Of a stretch of DNA of 64,000 nucleotides, positions 26,914 through 37,286 are shown piece by piece; positions within the stretch are counted from its first letter, which is position 1, and each line of letters opens with the position of its first letter. Under the pieces are notes generated by a model that was given only the letters and a program-made list of their open reading frames with translations, was not told where the DNA came from and searched no databases. This stretch comes from Gemmatimonadota bacterium (GTDB lineage: Bacteria > JAAXHH01): positions 3,465-67,464 of the forward strand of contig JAPOYX010000184.1 of NCBI GenBank assembly GCA_026706345.1, given 5' to 3'. Made by a program: the position numbers and the translations under genes.

Positions 26914-27831
26914 ATGTCCGCTTTCACGTCTGCCCAGGATGTCATCCAGCGCTTCGAAGCCCGGGACTACATCTGCGGTCCCGACCTGGCCACGCCCGTC
27001 TTTCTCATGGAACGGCTCGAGAAGCCGCTGCTGGTAGAGGGCCCTCCCGGCGTGGGCAAGACGGAGATCGCAAAAATGCTTTCAGGCGCGCTGGACCGGC
27101 GCCTGATCCGGCTGCAATGCTACGAGGGGCTGGACGAGTCCAAGGCGCTTTACGAATGGGAATATACCAAGCAGTTGCTGTACACGCAGATGCTCAAGGA
27201 CCGCATCGGCGACCTGCTGAACCAAACTGATACGCTCGGAAACGCGGTTGAAGCGCTCAACCGGGAGGACAGCGCCTTCTTTTCCCGGCACTTCCTGCTC
27301 CCGCGGCCTCTGCTGGAGGCTATCCTCTCGCCGGAACCTGTCGTCCTCCTGGTCGACGAGATCGACCGCTCAGACGACGAATTCGAGAGCTTCCTCCTCG
27401 AGGTGCTGAGCGACTTCCAGGTCAGCATCCCCGAACTCGGCACACTGACCGCGGCCCGGCGGCCCCTCGTTGTGCTGACGAGTAACGCGAACCGGAACCT
27501 GTCCGAGGCGCTCAGGCGGCGCTGCCTGTACCTATATATCAACTATCCCTCCCTTGAGCAGGAGGTCCGGATCGTCCTTCGCAAGACACCCGGTATCGAT
27601 GCGGACCTGGCGAACCAGGTCGTCCGGTTCGTCCAGAAAATCAGGACGCTCAACATGCGCAAGCCCCCCAGCATCGCCGAAACGATCGATTGGGCGCTGG
27701 CGCTGGTGGTCCTGAACGCGCAGCACCTCTCGCGCGACATCCTTTCGAGCACGCTGAACGTCCTGATGAAGGACCGGGAGGATATCGAACGGATCATGCG
27801 GGACGGCTACCATGATCAAGCGGCTGGTTGA
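26914..27831 (+). CDS. MoxR-family AAA+ ATPase
   Basis: ORF 26875..27831; ATG 26914 preferred. Walker A GPPGVGKT; Walker B VVLLVDEIDR; sensor region typical of MoxR/CoxD-like ATPases. Confidence 0.9.
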   Translation: MSAFTSAQDVIQRFEARDYICGPDLATPVFLMERLEKPLLVEGPPGVGKTEIAKMLSGALDRRLIRLQCYEGLDESKALYEWEYTKQLLYTQMLKDRIGDLLNQTDTLGNAVEALNREDSAFFSRHFLLPRPLLEAILSPEPVVLLVDEIDRSDDEFESFLLEVLSDFQVSIPELGTLTAARRPLVVLTSNANRNLSEALRRRCLYLYINYPSLEQEVRIVLRKTPGIDADLANQVVRFVQKIRTLNMRKPPSIAETIDWALALVVLNAQHLSRDILSSTLNVLMKDREDIERIMRDGYHDQAAG

Positions 27832-29047
27832 GTTTGCCAGGCTGCTCAGACAGTCCGGCGTACGCGTTTCCATGGCCGAGACACTGGACGCCGCTGAAGT
27901 GCTTCGGCACGCGCCGGTCACCGAACGGCCGGCCTTCAAGGCGTCCCTGCGGGCCACCCTCGTCAAATCCCGCGAGGACATTCCCGCCTTCGACGAGGCT
28001 TTCGAGCAGTTTTTCCTGGTCCAGGTAGGGGACGACGCGGAAGAACTGGACGATCCGTGCGGGGAGACCGAGGGGCCGCCCGACGGCCATCCCGATATCG
28101 ACGAGTTTCCCGATGACGGGGAACAGGACGTCCGGCGTTTCCAGGACGAACAGGGAGAGGCCATGGCGGGAGACGGGGAAGGGGACCCTGCGGATACAGA
28201 CGAGTCGGAAGACCTGGAAGGCGACCTGGAGCGGATGCTTGCCCGCGTGCAGGTAGGGGAACAGGCGTCGGACGCGGTCACCGAGCCCGGCACGCAGCCG
28301 AACCAGCAGGCGGAAGACGTCGACCTCTACCAGGAACTGCCACCGGGCGACGTGGAAAACCTGTACGAAGCGGTGGAAGATCTCGCCCGTAATCTCGTGA
28401 CGCGCAAATCGCTTCGTTACAGGAAGTCGCGCCACGGCAGAGTCGACATCAAGAATACGATCCAGCGGAGTTTTCGCACGGGCAACCTGCCCTTTCACAT
28501 CATCTACAAGCACCGCAAGATCAAGAAGAACGAACTTGTCGTGTTGTGCGATGTCTCGGGATCGGTCTGGGAGGTCGCCCGCTTCTTCATCAAGCTGGTC
28601 CACGAAATGCAGAATCAGTTCAGCCGGGCCCGCAGCTTTCTCTTCGTGGACCGGATCAACGAGGTGACGGACGAATTCGACAGCAGGCCCTTCGAAGAAA
28701 TCGTCGAAAACCTGAAGGACGACCACGCCCTGAATTTCTTCGGCCTGAGCGATTTCGGAAGGGCCTTCTACCAGTTCCACGACGAACACCTGCTGTCCCT
28801 CTCCAGAAACACGGTGCTCGTCATCCTCGGCGACGCGCGGACGAACTGGTTCGACCCCCAGGACTGGGTGTTGGACGAGCTTAGAAAAAGGGTGCACCAG
28901 ACGATCTGGCTGAACCCCGAGCCCACGCAGTACTGGGACACCGACGATTCCGTCATGTCCCGTTACAGCCCGCACTGCGACCACGTGCTGGAATGCCGGA
29001 ACCTGGCCCAGCTCCAGGAAATCGGCGAACTGATTCTCAGGGCGTGA
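27812..29047 (+). CDS. VWA-domain protein, CoxE-like
   Basis: 411 aa; overlaps the MoxR gene end by 20 nt. N-terminal LVEFARLLRQSGVRVSMAETLDA (CoxE-like). Acidic linker. MIDAS motif VVLCDVSGSV. Confidence 0.88.
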   Translation: MIKRLVEFARLLRQSGVRVSMAETLDAAEVLRHAPVTERPAFKASLRATLVKSREDIPAFDEAFEQFFLVQVGDDAEELDDPCGETEGPPDGHPDIDEFPDDGEQDVRRFQDEQGEAMAGDGEGDPADTDESEDLEGDLERMLARVQVGEQASDAVTEPGTQPNQQAEDVDLYQELPPGDVENLYEAVEDLARNLVTRKSLRYRKSRHGRVDIKNTIQRSFRTGNLPFHIIYKHRKIKKNELVVLCDVSGSVWEVARFFIKLVHEMQNQFSRARSFLFVDRINEVTDEFDSRPFEEIVENLKDDHALNFFGLSDFGRAFYQFHDEHLLSLSRNTVLVILGDARTNWFDPQDWVLDELRKRVHQTIWLNPEPTQYWDTDDSVMSRYSPHCDHVLECRNLAQLQEIGELILRA

Positions 29048-29065
29048 GTCAGATCGGATTCATAA

Positions 29066-29848
29066 ATGAAACACGCACACCTTCCCAGAAGCATCGGCGT
29101 GGTCCTTGCGGTCTGCCTGCTCGGCGTGGCGCTGTGGACGACCCGTGGCAGCGGAGATTCCGGTCACGACCTGTTTCTGCGCAATGATTTCACCTTCGGC
29201 CGGGTGGTGTACCAGAACTACGGCGGGTTCTACCGGGGATTCGGATGGGGGCGGTGGTCGGTGGATTTCCCGTCGGCCGACGCCAACGTGATCCGTGCCC
29301 TGCGGGCCACGACCTCCCTCAAGATCAACGAACCGCAGGCCGTGGAGCTGACCGACCCCGATCTGTTCGATATTCCCTTCCTGTATATCCTGGAAGTCGG
29401 ATCCCTGCAGTTCAGCCAGGAGGAAGTGGACGCCCTGCGGGAGTACCTGCTGCGCGGCGGGTTCCTGATGGTGGACGATTTCCACGGATCGCGCCAGTGG
29501 GCGGTCTGGGAATCGCAGATGAAGCGGGTGTTCCCCGAACGCGACATCGCGGAGGTCCCCGCCGGTCACGCGATATTCCACTGCTACTACGATTTCGACG
29601 AGTATCCCCTGGTGCCCGGTACCGCGGCCTTGTGGAGACCGGGCAACTACGAGCGGGACGGCGCGTTGTACGGCCACCGGCTGCGGGGCATAACCGACGA
29701 TGGCGGAAGGCTCATGGTGCTGATGAACTGGAACGCCGACCTGGGCGACGGCTGGAAGCACGCGGCCGATCCCGGGTACCCGCGCGCGTATTCGGTGACC
29801 GCGTACCGGCTCGCCGTGAACTACGCCATCTACGCGATGACCCATTGA
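29066..29848 (+). CDS. DUF4159-domain protein with N-terminal signal/anchor
   Basis: 260 aa. FTFGRVVYQN...WSVDFPSADANVIRAL...DIPFLYILEVGSLQFSQEEVDALREYLLRGGFLMVDDFHG matches the DUF4159 pattern as I recall it. Confidence 0.85.
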   Translation: MKHAHLPRSIGVVLAVCLLGVALWTTRGSGDSGHDLFLRNDFTFGRVVYQNYGGFYRGFGWGRWSVDFPSADANVIRALRATTSLKINEPQAVELTDPDLFDIPFLYILEVGSLQFSQEEVDALREYLLRGGFLMVDDFHGSRQWAVWESQMKRVFPERDIAEVPAGHAIFHCYYDFDEYPLVPGTAALWRPGNYERDGALYGHRLRGITDDGGRLMVLMNWNADLGDGWKHAADPGYPRAYSVTAYRLAVNYAIYAMTH

Positions 29849-29903
29849 CTCCGCGGCGTCCAGGCCCAGGCCCGCCGTTTCGATTAAGCGCGTTCTCGGT
29901 GGT

Positions 29904-31013
29904 TTAGTCGCCGGACTGAACGCCAGGCGGTCCGTCTCGCCGATTTGTGGTTGGATTGATTCGCTCGGTGACCGTCAGGTGCTCGAGGGCGGCCGCCAAC
30001 ACCTCTATGGACCGCAGGTACTCGTCCAGGACGATGTGCTCGTCCGGCGTATGGTCCAGGCTCGAATCGCCGGGACCGTAGGCGGCAATCGGACACTTCC
30101 ATGCCGGTCCGACGATGCACATGTCCGACGTGCCCGTCTTCTTCTTGAAGGTCGGACGGCCGCCTTCCTTTCTGATGCCCTTCAAAAGGGCCCGGACCAG
30201 CGCCGTGTTCTTCGCGGCGACCACGCCCGCCAGCCGCTGGTCACACACGATTTCCGCGGGATCCGCCTGTTCCGTCACGAAGCCGATCAGGTCATCCAGG
30301 TCGTAACCGGGCGGCACGCGCACCGAGAAATACGCTTCGACGCCCTCGGTCAACCCCTCGTCGCAGGTACTGAATCGTCTTAACTCGAGCCGTGGTGATT
30401 CGAATTCGCTTTCCGTAGCCTGGCCGGCGACGCGCGTTTGAAGCGCGTTGTACAGGCCGATGGCCCGTTCCCCCGCGCGTCGATGGTTTCCCGCGTGATG
30501 GGCGTTGGGCTGCTTGAGGCGGTAGTCGAACCCCACATGGCCCTTGTATCCGATGGTGACACTGTCCCAGCCGCTCGGTTCGCCGATGAATACGTAGTCC
30601 GGCCGCATGCGGTCCACAAGGTGACGGGCGCCCTTCGAGGTAGGGCACTCCTCCTCCACGGCGCCGACGACCGTGATCCGGGCACTGTCGATTGCCGAGA
30701 ACCGGGACAGGGCGGCAGCGAAGGCGGCCAGGGGACCTTTGGCGTCCACCGTGCCGCGACCGTAAAGCCTGCCCGATTCTCCCCGCACGGGGACGATTCC
30801 GGGTACCGTGTCGATATGGCCGACCAGGGCAATGTGTGGTTCGCCCCGGCCTGTCTCGCCTACCGCGTTCCCTGCTTCGTCCACCCAGGCGCGGAGACCT
30901 CGGCGCTCCATGGCATCCACCAGGAAGGAGACGGCTTCGCCTTCCTGCGTGGAGGGACTGTATCGCTCGACCAGGCCGCGCAGCAGGGCGATGTCGTCGC
31001 GGTCACGGCTCAT
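29904..31013 (-). CDS. lysK: [LysW]-lysine/ornithine hydrolase (M20 peptidase, ArgE/LysK type)
   Basis: 369 aa. LLRGLVERYSPSTQE...; metal-binding ALVGHIDTV. Last gene of the LysW cluster; ATGA overlap with the upstream gene. Confidence 0.85.
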   Translation of the reverse strand: MSRDRDDIALLRGLVERYSPSTQEGEAVSFLVDAMERRGLRAWVDEAGNAVGETGRGEPHIALVGHIDTVPGIVPVRGESGRLYGRGTVDAKGPLAAFAAALSRFSAIDSARITVVGAVEEECPTSKGARHLVDRMRPDYVFIGEPSGWDSVTIGYKGHVGFDYRLKQPNAHHAGNHRRAGERAIGLYNALQTRVAGQATESEFESPRLELRRFSTCDEGLTEGVEAYFSVRVPPGYDLDDLIGFVTEQADPAEIVCDQRLAGVVAAKNTALVRALLKGIRKEGGRPTFKKKTGTSDMCIVGPAWKCPIAAYGPGDSSLDHTPDEHIVLDEYLRSIEVLAAALEHLTVTERINPTTNRRDGPPGVQSGD

Positions 31014-32269
31014 TCGGCCTCCCGGACGCCGGCCGGACTGCGCCGCACGCGCCGCTTGCCGGGGGATCGCGCTTCCGCGCGGGTTCCACGGTCCGCCGAA
31101 CTTTTCTCCAGTGATCCCAGCACTGCGCCCACGGCCTCCACTACCTGGTCGATCTCTTCCCTGGAGATCGACAGGGGCGGCAGGAAGCGCAGCACCGTGT
31201 TGCCCGCGGGCAGGGCCATCACGCCGCGCTCCATGAGTCCCCGGAGGACAGGGGTGACCCTTCCTTTTAACTCGACCCCGATGATCAGGCCCAAACCCCG
31301 GACCTCCCGGACGCCGGGTGCGTCCAGCGCCACGAGGCGATCTCGGAAATACGCCCCGTTCTCCCGGGCGTTCTCGACAAGCCCTTCCTCCTCCAGCACA
31401 CGCAGCGTAGCCAGGGCGGCAGCGCAGATCACCGGACTGCCGCCGAAGGTGTTGCCGTGGGACATGGCGGGGACGTCCCGGACCGAGTCGGCACAGAGCG
31501 CCGCGCCTACGGGCAGGCCTCCGGCCATGGCCTTGGCCAGACAGAGGATGTCCGGTCGCAGGTCATGGTGCTGGCAGGCGAACATGGCACCGGTCCGCCC
31601 GAAGCCGGTCTGCACTTCGTCCACGACGAACAGGGTGCCCCGTTCCCGGCACAGCGCTTCCACGCGCCTCAGATACGCGCCGTCGCCGAGCCGCACGCCG
31701 CCCTCGCCCTGTACCACCTCCAGGATCACCGCGGCGGTCCCGTCGTCTATGGCTTCCTCCATGGCGGAGGCGTCGTTGTATTTCACGTGGGTGAACCCCG
31801 GCACGAGCGGTTCGAAGGGGGCGCGGTACTTGGGATTCCAGGTCGCGCTCAAGGCACCGAAAGTGCGGCCGTGAAACCCGCGCTGGGCCGCGATGATGCC
31901 CGACCGGCCGGTTACGACGCGGGCGAATTTAAGCGCAGCTTCCACCGCCTCCGTACCCGAATTGCACAGGAAGAGCCGGTCCAGCCCCACCGGGGCGGTC
32001 CGGGTCAGAGCCGCGGCCAACTCCGCGCGGCGGTCGTTGTAGAAGGTATCCGGACAAATCACGAGCCGCTTCGCCTGCCGCGCGACCGCCTCCGCCACGG
32101 CCGGATGGCTGTGGCCGATGTTTGCCGTGCCGATTCCGCCGATACAGTCGATGTATTCCCGGCCCCGGTCGTCCCGGATCCGCGTGCCGCTGCCCCGGAC
32201 GATCACCACGTCCCGCTTCGGCAGAATCCCCATGGATCCGCGGTCTTCCATTTCCTGATAGTCTGTCAT
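31010..32269 (-). CDS. lysJ: class-III aminotransferase (LysJ/ArgD type)
   Basis: ORF 31010..32302; ATG 32269 (MTDYQEMED...) has AAGGA upstream. PLP motifs FLCNSGTEAVEAALK and VVDEVQTGFGRTG. Confidence 0.9.
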   Translation of the reverse strand: MTDYQEMEDRGSMGILPKRDVVIVRGSGTRIRDDRGREYIDCIGGIGTANIGHSHPAVAEAVARQAKRLVICPDTFYNDRRAELAAALTRTAPVGLDRLFLCNSGTEAVEAALKFARVVTGRSGIIAAQRGFHGRTFGALSATWNPKYRAPFEPLVPGFTHVKYNDASAMEEAIDDGTAAVILEVVQGEGGVRLGDGAYLRRVEALCRERGTLFVVDEVQTGFGRTGAMFACQHHDLRPDILCLAKAMAGGLPVGAALCADSVRDVPAMSHGNTFGGSPVICAAALATLRVLEEEGLVENARENGAYFRDRLVALDAPGVREVRGLGLIIGVELKGRVTPVLRGLMERGVMALPAGNTVLRFLPPLSISREEIDQVVEAVGAVLGSLEKSSADRGTRAEARSPGKRRVRRSPAGVREAE

Positions 32270-32368
32270 TTTCCTTCGGCTCCTATCGACGTTACCGTTC
32301 ATCCGTCTTTACCGCTGTCTGCTCCCTGGTCCGGGCGGCTGCTACCCGGTTGTCGGCCCGGGCAGCCG

Positions 32369-33166
32369 TTACCCGATCACCGTGCCCGCGCCGCGCAAGG
32401 CCGCAGTGACCGGTTCGGGTATTCTGCCGTCGCCCAGGATCACCTGGCCCACGCCCACCTCCAGCGCTTCCTTGGCGCCAAGCAGCTTCTTCTTCATGCG
32501 GTCCCTGGCGTGGGTCGCGATCGCCTCGTCTATTCCGTCCCGGGATATCCGGAGTATCAGGGTGCTCTCGTCGTCCGCATCCTCAAGAAAACCGGGTGTG
32601 TTGGAGAGGATGACCAGCCGTTCCGCGCCCAGGGCGTCGGCGATCACGGCGGCCGCGCGGTCCCCGTCCACGTTGATCACCTCGCCTTCGTAGCTGATGG
32701 CGGGGGGACTGACGACGGGCAGGTACCCCTGGTCGAGGAGCGTGGTCAGGAGCGAAACATTTGCCTTTTCAATGCGGCCGGTGTAGTCGTCCCGCAGGAC
32801 CTTCGTCCTGCCGTCCTCGACGATGCGGATATTGGGCTTTCGACGGCCCTCGAGCAGCCGGCCGTCCACGCCGCTGAGGCCGACGGCGTTGACGCCCAGT
32901 TGCTGCAGTTTCTCGACGATGCGGGTGTTGCGTTTCCCGCAGTACACCATGGTGAAGATGTCCAGCGTTTCCTGATCGGTGACCCGGCTCGTGTATCCCG
33001 ACGGCGACGTGACCATGCGGGGCGGCTTGCCCAGTTGCTCCGATATCTGGTTCAATTCGTCCGACGCGCCGTGCACCAGCACCAGCGGTTCCGTTTGCCG
33101 GGCGATGTCTTCGAGGACGTAATCCAGGTTGATGCCCCTGCTGCCGCCCGTCTTCACCACGATCAT
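32369..33166 (-). CDS. lysZ: amino-acid kinase, [LysW]-aminoadipate/glutamate kinase (LysZ/ArgB type)
   Basis: 265 aa. MIVVKTGGS... and LVLVHGASD motifs of the acetylglutamate-kinase fold. Short LysZ-like length. Confidence 0.85.
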   Translation of the reverse strand: MIVVKTGGSRGINLDYVLEDIARQTEPLVLVHGASDELNQISEQLGKPPRMVTSPSGYTSRVTDQETLDIFTMVYCGKRNTRIVEKLQQLGVNAVGLSGVDGRLLEGRRKPNIRIVEDGRTKVLRDDYTGRIEKANVSLLTTLLDQGYLPVVSPPAISYEGEVINVDGDRAAAVIADALGAERLVILSNTPGFLEDADDESTLILRISRDGIDEAIATHARDRMKKKLLGAKEALEVGVGQVILGDGRIPEPVTAALRGAGTVIG

Positions 33167-34428
33167 GTACGTTCTCCCTCTTTTACCGCGCCGAGGACCT
33201 CCGACCGGGGTATGGACGCCTGCGTGCTGTCCGCCATGCGACGTAGCATGACGACGCCGTTTCTCACCTCTTCTTCACCGATGATCAGGGTATAGGCGGC
33301 GCCGAGCCGGTCGGCCTGTCTCATCTGGGCCTTCAGGCTCCGGTCTTCCCACAGTGCCGTCGTGCCTACGCCGGCCGCGCGCAGCTCCTGCGCCAGGACC
33401 ACCGCGGCGGACTTGGCTTCCGCGCCGAGATAGGCGACGAATACCGACGGCTTCGGCATGCCGGGAGGCTCGATCCCCTCCTGCTTCATGGTGAGTATGA
33501 TACGCTCAATGCCGGAGGCGAAGCCGATCGCCGGCGTTTCGGGCCCGCCGACCGTCCCGATCAGCCCGTCGTATCGTCCGCCGCCGCATACGGCGTTCTG
33601 CGCGCCGATGCCCGCGGCCCAGACCTCGAATACGGTCTTCGTATAGTAATCCAGTCCCCGTACCAGGCGGTGGTTTACCTCGTAAGGCCGGTCCAGGCCG
33701 TCCAGGTAGGACCGCAGGCGGTCGAAGTGGCCGCCGCAATCTTCGCACAGGGAGTCCTGGATCCGCGGCGCGTCTTCCGAGATCGTGCGGCAGGATTCGT
33801 TCTTGCAGTCCAAAAGCCGCAGCAGGTTCTGTCCGTAGCGGCGTTCGCAGTCGCCGCAGATCTCGCCCAGGTGCTGCGCGTACCAGGACCTCAGCGTATC
33901 GAGGTATCCCGGCCGGCACGCGGGGCATCCCGTGCTGTTCACCTGGAAGGAGAGTCCGCGGATGCCGACGTCCTCGTAGATCTGCCAGGCCACCTGCATC
34001 ACCTCGAGATCGACGGCCGGGTCCTGGCTGCCCAGCACCTCCACGTCGATCTGGTAGAACTGGCGGTACCGGCCCGCCTGGGGACGCTCGTACCGGAAGG
34101 CCGGGCCGATCGTGAACAGCCGCAGGGGCTGAGGCCTGCCATGGAGCTTGTGCTCGGCGTAGGCCCGGCAGATCCCCGCCGTGAATTCGGGGCGCAGAGT
34201 CATGCGCTCGTCGCTGCGGTCGAGAAAGGTGTACATCTCCTTCTCCACGATGTCCGTGGACTCGCCGACGCTCCGTTCGAAGAGGCCGGTCTGCTCGAAG
34301 ACCGGCACGTCGATCTGCTCATAGCCGTACAGTTCGCAGACCCGCCGCGTCCTCTCGATCACGTGCCGCCAATAGGCCTGGTCCTCCGGCAGGATGTCGT
34401 AGGTGCCTCTGGGGGCCTTGTAGTTCAT
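33163..34428 (-). CDS. hisS: histidine--tRNA ligase
   Basis: 421 aa. PRGTYDILPED; motif 2 FRYERPQAGRYRQF; motif 3 CGGGRYDGL. 4-nt overlap with lysZ and a 9-nt gap from lysY. Confidence 0.95.
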   Translation of the reverse strand: MNYKAPRGTYDILPEDQAYWRHVIERTRRVCELYGYEQIDVPVFEQTGLFERSVGESTDIVEKEMYTFLDRSDERMTLRPEFTAGICRAYAEHKLHGRPQPLRLFTIGPAFRYERPQAGRYRQFYQIDVEVLGSQDPAVDLEVMQVAWQIYEDVGIRGLSFQVNSTGCPACRPGYLDTLRSWYAQHLGEICGDCERRYGQNLLRLLDCKNESCRTISEDAPRIQDSLCEDCGGHFDRLRSYLDGLDRPYEVNHRLVRGLDYYTKTVFEVWAAGIGAQNAVCGGGRYDGLIGTVGGPETPAIGFASGIERIILTMKQEGIEPPGMPKPSVFVAYLGAEAKSAAVVLAQELRAAGVGTTALWEDRSLKAQMRQADRLGAAYTLIIGEEEVRNGVVMLRRMADSTQASIPRSEVLGAVKEGERT

Positions 34429-34437
34429 TTCTTCTTC

Positions 34438-35481
34438 CTATACCGGGTGCAGGCCCGGAAACTCCAAGGCCGTCCGCTCGTCCCACCCGTACATGATGTT
34501 AAGCGCCTGCACGGCCTGCCCGGCGGCACCCTTGACCAGGTTGTCCAATGCGCCCATGACCACGACTCGGTCGCTGTGCGCGTCCCGCTCGAACCCGATA
34601 TCGCAGTAGTTGGTCCCCGAGAGAAACTTCGGATCGGGGTACCGGAACACGCCCTGGCGCTCCTTGATAATGCGGATGAAGGGTTCCCGGTCGTAGGCCT
34701 CCCGGTAGATACCCCAGATATCCCTTTCGGACAGGTTGCCGTTTGCAAAAGCGTGCGTGGTCATCAGGATGCCGCGCACCATTTCGATGGCCGTCGCCGA
34801 GAAATGGACCCCGGGCGCCTGCCCGCCGAAGGTCAGCTCCTGCATGATCTCCGCCGTGTGGCGATGGCCCGTGGGCTTGAAGGAGCGTACCGCGCCGCTT
34901 CTGTCCGGGTGGTGGGTGGACCGGTCGGCCCGGTGCCCCGCCGCGGAGGAACCGATCTTCCCTTCCATGAACAGGCGCGAAGGATCGACGGCGCCGGCCC
35001 TGACCAGGGGCGCCAGCGACAGGATCGCCGTGGCGGCCAGACACCCGGTGCACGCGACATACTCGGCTTCCCGGATCTCGTCCCGGTACAGTTCGGCCAG
35101 CCCGTACACGAAACGGCCCAGCATTTCCGGGTGCGTGTGTTCGTGCCCGTACCAGGTGGGGTAATCCGCCGGATTGCGCAGGCGGAAGTCGGCGCTCAGG
35201 TCGATGACGCGGCCCGCCAGGCCGGAGAGGGCGTCCCACCGTTTCATGGCCTCGCCGTGGGGGAGGCACAGGCACAGCACGTCGCAGGGTTCCAGGTCGG
35301 CCAGGGCGCTGAACTTGAGGTCCGTGACCCGGCGCAGGTTGGGATGGGAACGGCCCACGGGCTTTCCGGCCAGCGATTCGGAAGTCACCTGCCGGATCTC
35401 GATTTCCGGATGGAACAGCAGCATCCGCAGCAGTTCCCCGCCGCCGTACCCGGACGCGCCTGCGATCGACACCTTGATCAT
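34438..35481 (-). CDS. lysY: N-acyl-gamma-glutamyl/aminoadipyl-phosphate reductase (LysY/ArgC type)
   Basis: 347 aa. [17 protein letters not shown](P) fold. Active-site Cys region ACTGCLATAAIL. Confidence 0.9.
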   Translation of the reverse strand: MIKVSIAGASGYGGGELLRMLLFHPEIEIRQVTSESLAGKPVGRSHPNLRRVTDLKFSALADLEPCDVLCLCLPHGEAMKRWDALSGLAGRVIDLSADFRLRNPADYPTWYGHEHTHPEMLGRFVYGLAELYRDEIREAEYVACTGCLAATAILSLAPLVRAGAVDPSRLFMEGKIGSSAAGHRADRSTHHPDRSGAVRSFKPTGHRHTAEIMQELTFGGQAPGVHFSATAIEMVRGILMTTHAFANGNLSERDIWGIYREAYDREPFIRIIKERQGVFRYPDPKFLSGTNYCDIGFERDAHSDRVVVMGALDNLVKGAAGQAVQALNIMYGWDERTALEFPGLHPV

Positions 35482-36317
35482 GATCGGGCCACCTTTAGCA
35501 GATAGTCGATGATTCGCCCGGGGATGTCCACTCCCGTAGGCTGGACACTGTTCCGGAATTCCATGGTGTAGTTGACCTCGTTGACCAGGATCCCGTCCGC
35601 CGATTCCAGCAGGTCGACGGCCACCACGCCGCCGCCCACCGCTTCCGCGGCGCGGGAGGAGAGTTCTCCCACCTCGCCCTCCACGGGACAGTTGGCCGTC
35701 GTCCCGCCCAGGGCGGTGTTGGTCTTCCAGTGGTCGGAAAACCGATAGACGGCGCAGATGGTCTCGCCGTCAACCACGAAGGACCTAATGTCCCGGCCGG
35801 GCTTTTCGACGTACTCCTGGATGTAGATCACCGAATGCTGAAAGGACCCCAGGGTCTCCTTGTGCTCCAGCACCGCTTCAGCCGCGTGACGGTCGTTGAT
35901 CCGGGCGATCAGGCGGCCCCACGAACCGATGGGCGGCTTGAGTACGACCGGATAGCCCATGGATTCCATCTCCGCGAGAGCCGATTCCGCCGTGAAGGCC
36001 ACGCGGGCCTTCGGCGTCGGCACCCCGTGGTCCACCAGCGCCATGGTCGTCAGGAACTTGTTCCCGCACACGCGGGCCACGTCGTAGGTATTGACGGTTT
36101 TGATGCCGCTGGCGTTGAGCATCTTCAGCGAGTAGAGCGCCCTGGAGTGGTTGATGCACCGCTCGAGGATGACGTCGTGGTCGTACCGGTGGTTTTCCAG
36201 GTCGAAGACGATGCGCCGGTCGTCCATCCGGTCGAATTTGATGCCCCGGTTCGCGGCCGCCTCGAACAGCATCTTCTGCTCCTTGGAAACGACGGACAGC
36301 AACATGCCGATCTTCAC
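35478..36317 (-). CDS. lysX: RimK-type ATP-grasp ligase, canonical LysX-like
   Basis: ORF 35478..36443 trimmed to GTG 36317 (GTGA overlap with the upstream stop). [21 protein letters not shown]...; PIGSWGRL; RSFVVDGE; [10 protein letters not shown]; [12 protein letters not shown]. Confidence 0.85.
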   Translation of the reverse strand: MKIGMLLSVVSKEQKMLFEAAANRGIKFDRMDDRRIVFDLENHRYDHDVILERCINHSRALYSLKMLNASGIKTVNTYDVARVCGNKFLTTMALVDHGVPTPKARVAFTAESALAEMESMGYPVVLKPPIGSWGRLIARINDRHAAEAVLEHKETLGSFQHSVIYIQEYVEKPGRDIRSFVVDGETICAVYRFSDHWKTNTALGGTTANCPVEGEVGELSSRAAEAVGGGVVAVDLLESADGILVNEVNYTMEFRNSVQPTGVDIPGRIIDYLLKVARS

Positions 36318-37168
36318 GAGTTCCGTCCCCCCTGATCCACCGTATCCACCACATAGTCCATGATCTTGCCCGGAATATCGACCCCCGTGGCGTCCGAAGC
36401 GTCGGAAAGACCGGTCGGCCGCCCCATCTCCTGCACGAACCAAGCGTCCCTGGTGCGGACCATGTCCACCACCGCTATGCCGCCCCCGATGGACCGGACG
36501 GCGGATACCGCGAGGGCGTTCAATTCATCCGTTACGGGTTCCTGCTTCATCAGGCCGCCATCGGCGATGGATCCGATCCAGTGGTGGGTCAGCACCGATA
36601 CGGCGGCGACCGTCTCGTCGCCGACCACGTACGCCCTTATGTCGTGTCCGGGCGCGTCGATGTGTTTCTGCATGAAGAAGATGGAATGGTGATAGGCGCC
36701 CAGAATACGCTTGTGCTCCAGGACCGTGGCCGCTGTGTACTTGTCCCCTATGCGGGAAACCAGTTGATCCTCCGGACCCTCCACGGGTCTCAGGACCACG
36801 GGGTAACCCAGGTCCTCCATGGCTCCGAGGGCCGATTTCGGCGTATAGGCCACGCGCATGTCCGGCGTCGGCACCCCGTTCTCCCGCAGAGCCAGGGTCG
36901 TCAGCAGCCGGTTGCCGTAAGTCTCCACCACGGACTGCCGGTTCACCGTGGGGATGCCCCAGTGGTCGAACACGGTCAGCGCGTACACGGCCCGGTGGTG
37001 ATCCACGCATCGCTCCAGGACCACGTCGAGATCCATATGCCGGCGGTCCAGTTCGCATACCTGCCGGGTGTTGTCGATCGTCGTCACGTCGATTCCGCGG
37101 CGGCCCGCCTCGGCGATCAGACGCTTTTCGTCCTTGCGGACGCGCGACAGCACGATGCCCATTTCCAT
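36314..37168 (-). CDS. second, divergent RimK-type ATP-grasp ligase (LysX/ArgX paralogue)
   Basis: 284 aa. It has the same overall architecture as the downstream ligase, with [21 protein letters not shown] at the N-terminus, [10 protein letters not shown] and [12 protein letters not shown]. However, GSWGR is replaced by [11 protein letters not shown], and the NEVN..EF motif by [12 protein letters not shown]. Confidence 0.8.
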   Translation of the reverse strand: MEMGIVLSRVRKDEKRLIAEAGRRGIDVTTIDNTRQVCELDRRHMDLDVVLERCVDHHRAVYALTVFDHWGIPTVNRQSVVETYGNRLLTTLALRENGVPTPDMRVAYTPKSALGAMEDLGYPVVLRPVEGPEDQLVSRIGDKYTAATVLEHKRILGAYHHSIFFMQKHIDAPGHDIRAYVVGDETVAAVSVLTHHWIGSIADGGLMKQEPVTDELNALAVSAVRSIGGGIAVVDMVRTRDAWFVQEMGRPTGLSDASDATGVDIPGKIMDYVVDTVDQGGRNS

Positions 37169-37200
37169 GGATCGATACTTCCTCTCGCCGGCCAGGCCAT

Positions 37201-37249
37201 AAAAAAAGGAGCCGGCCTCTTCGCCCTATCGGAAGAGGAACATGGCTCC
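37201..37249 (-). terminator. strong two-tier intrinsic terminator between the leader ORF and the first ligase gene (candidate attenuator)
   Basis: GGAGCC-AUGUU-CCUCUUC-CGAUAGGGC-GAAGAGG-CC-GGCUCC followed by UUUUUUU. It ends 32 nt before ATG 37168. Confidence 0.75.
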
Positions 37250-37286
37250 TGTCAGTTCCCTTGGCCCGGCAATGCCTTGTGGCAGT

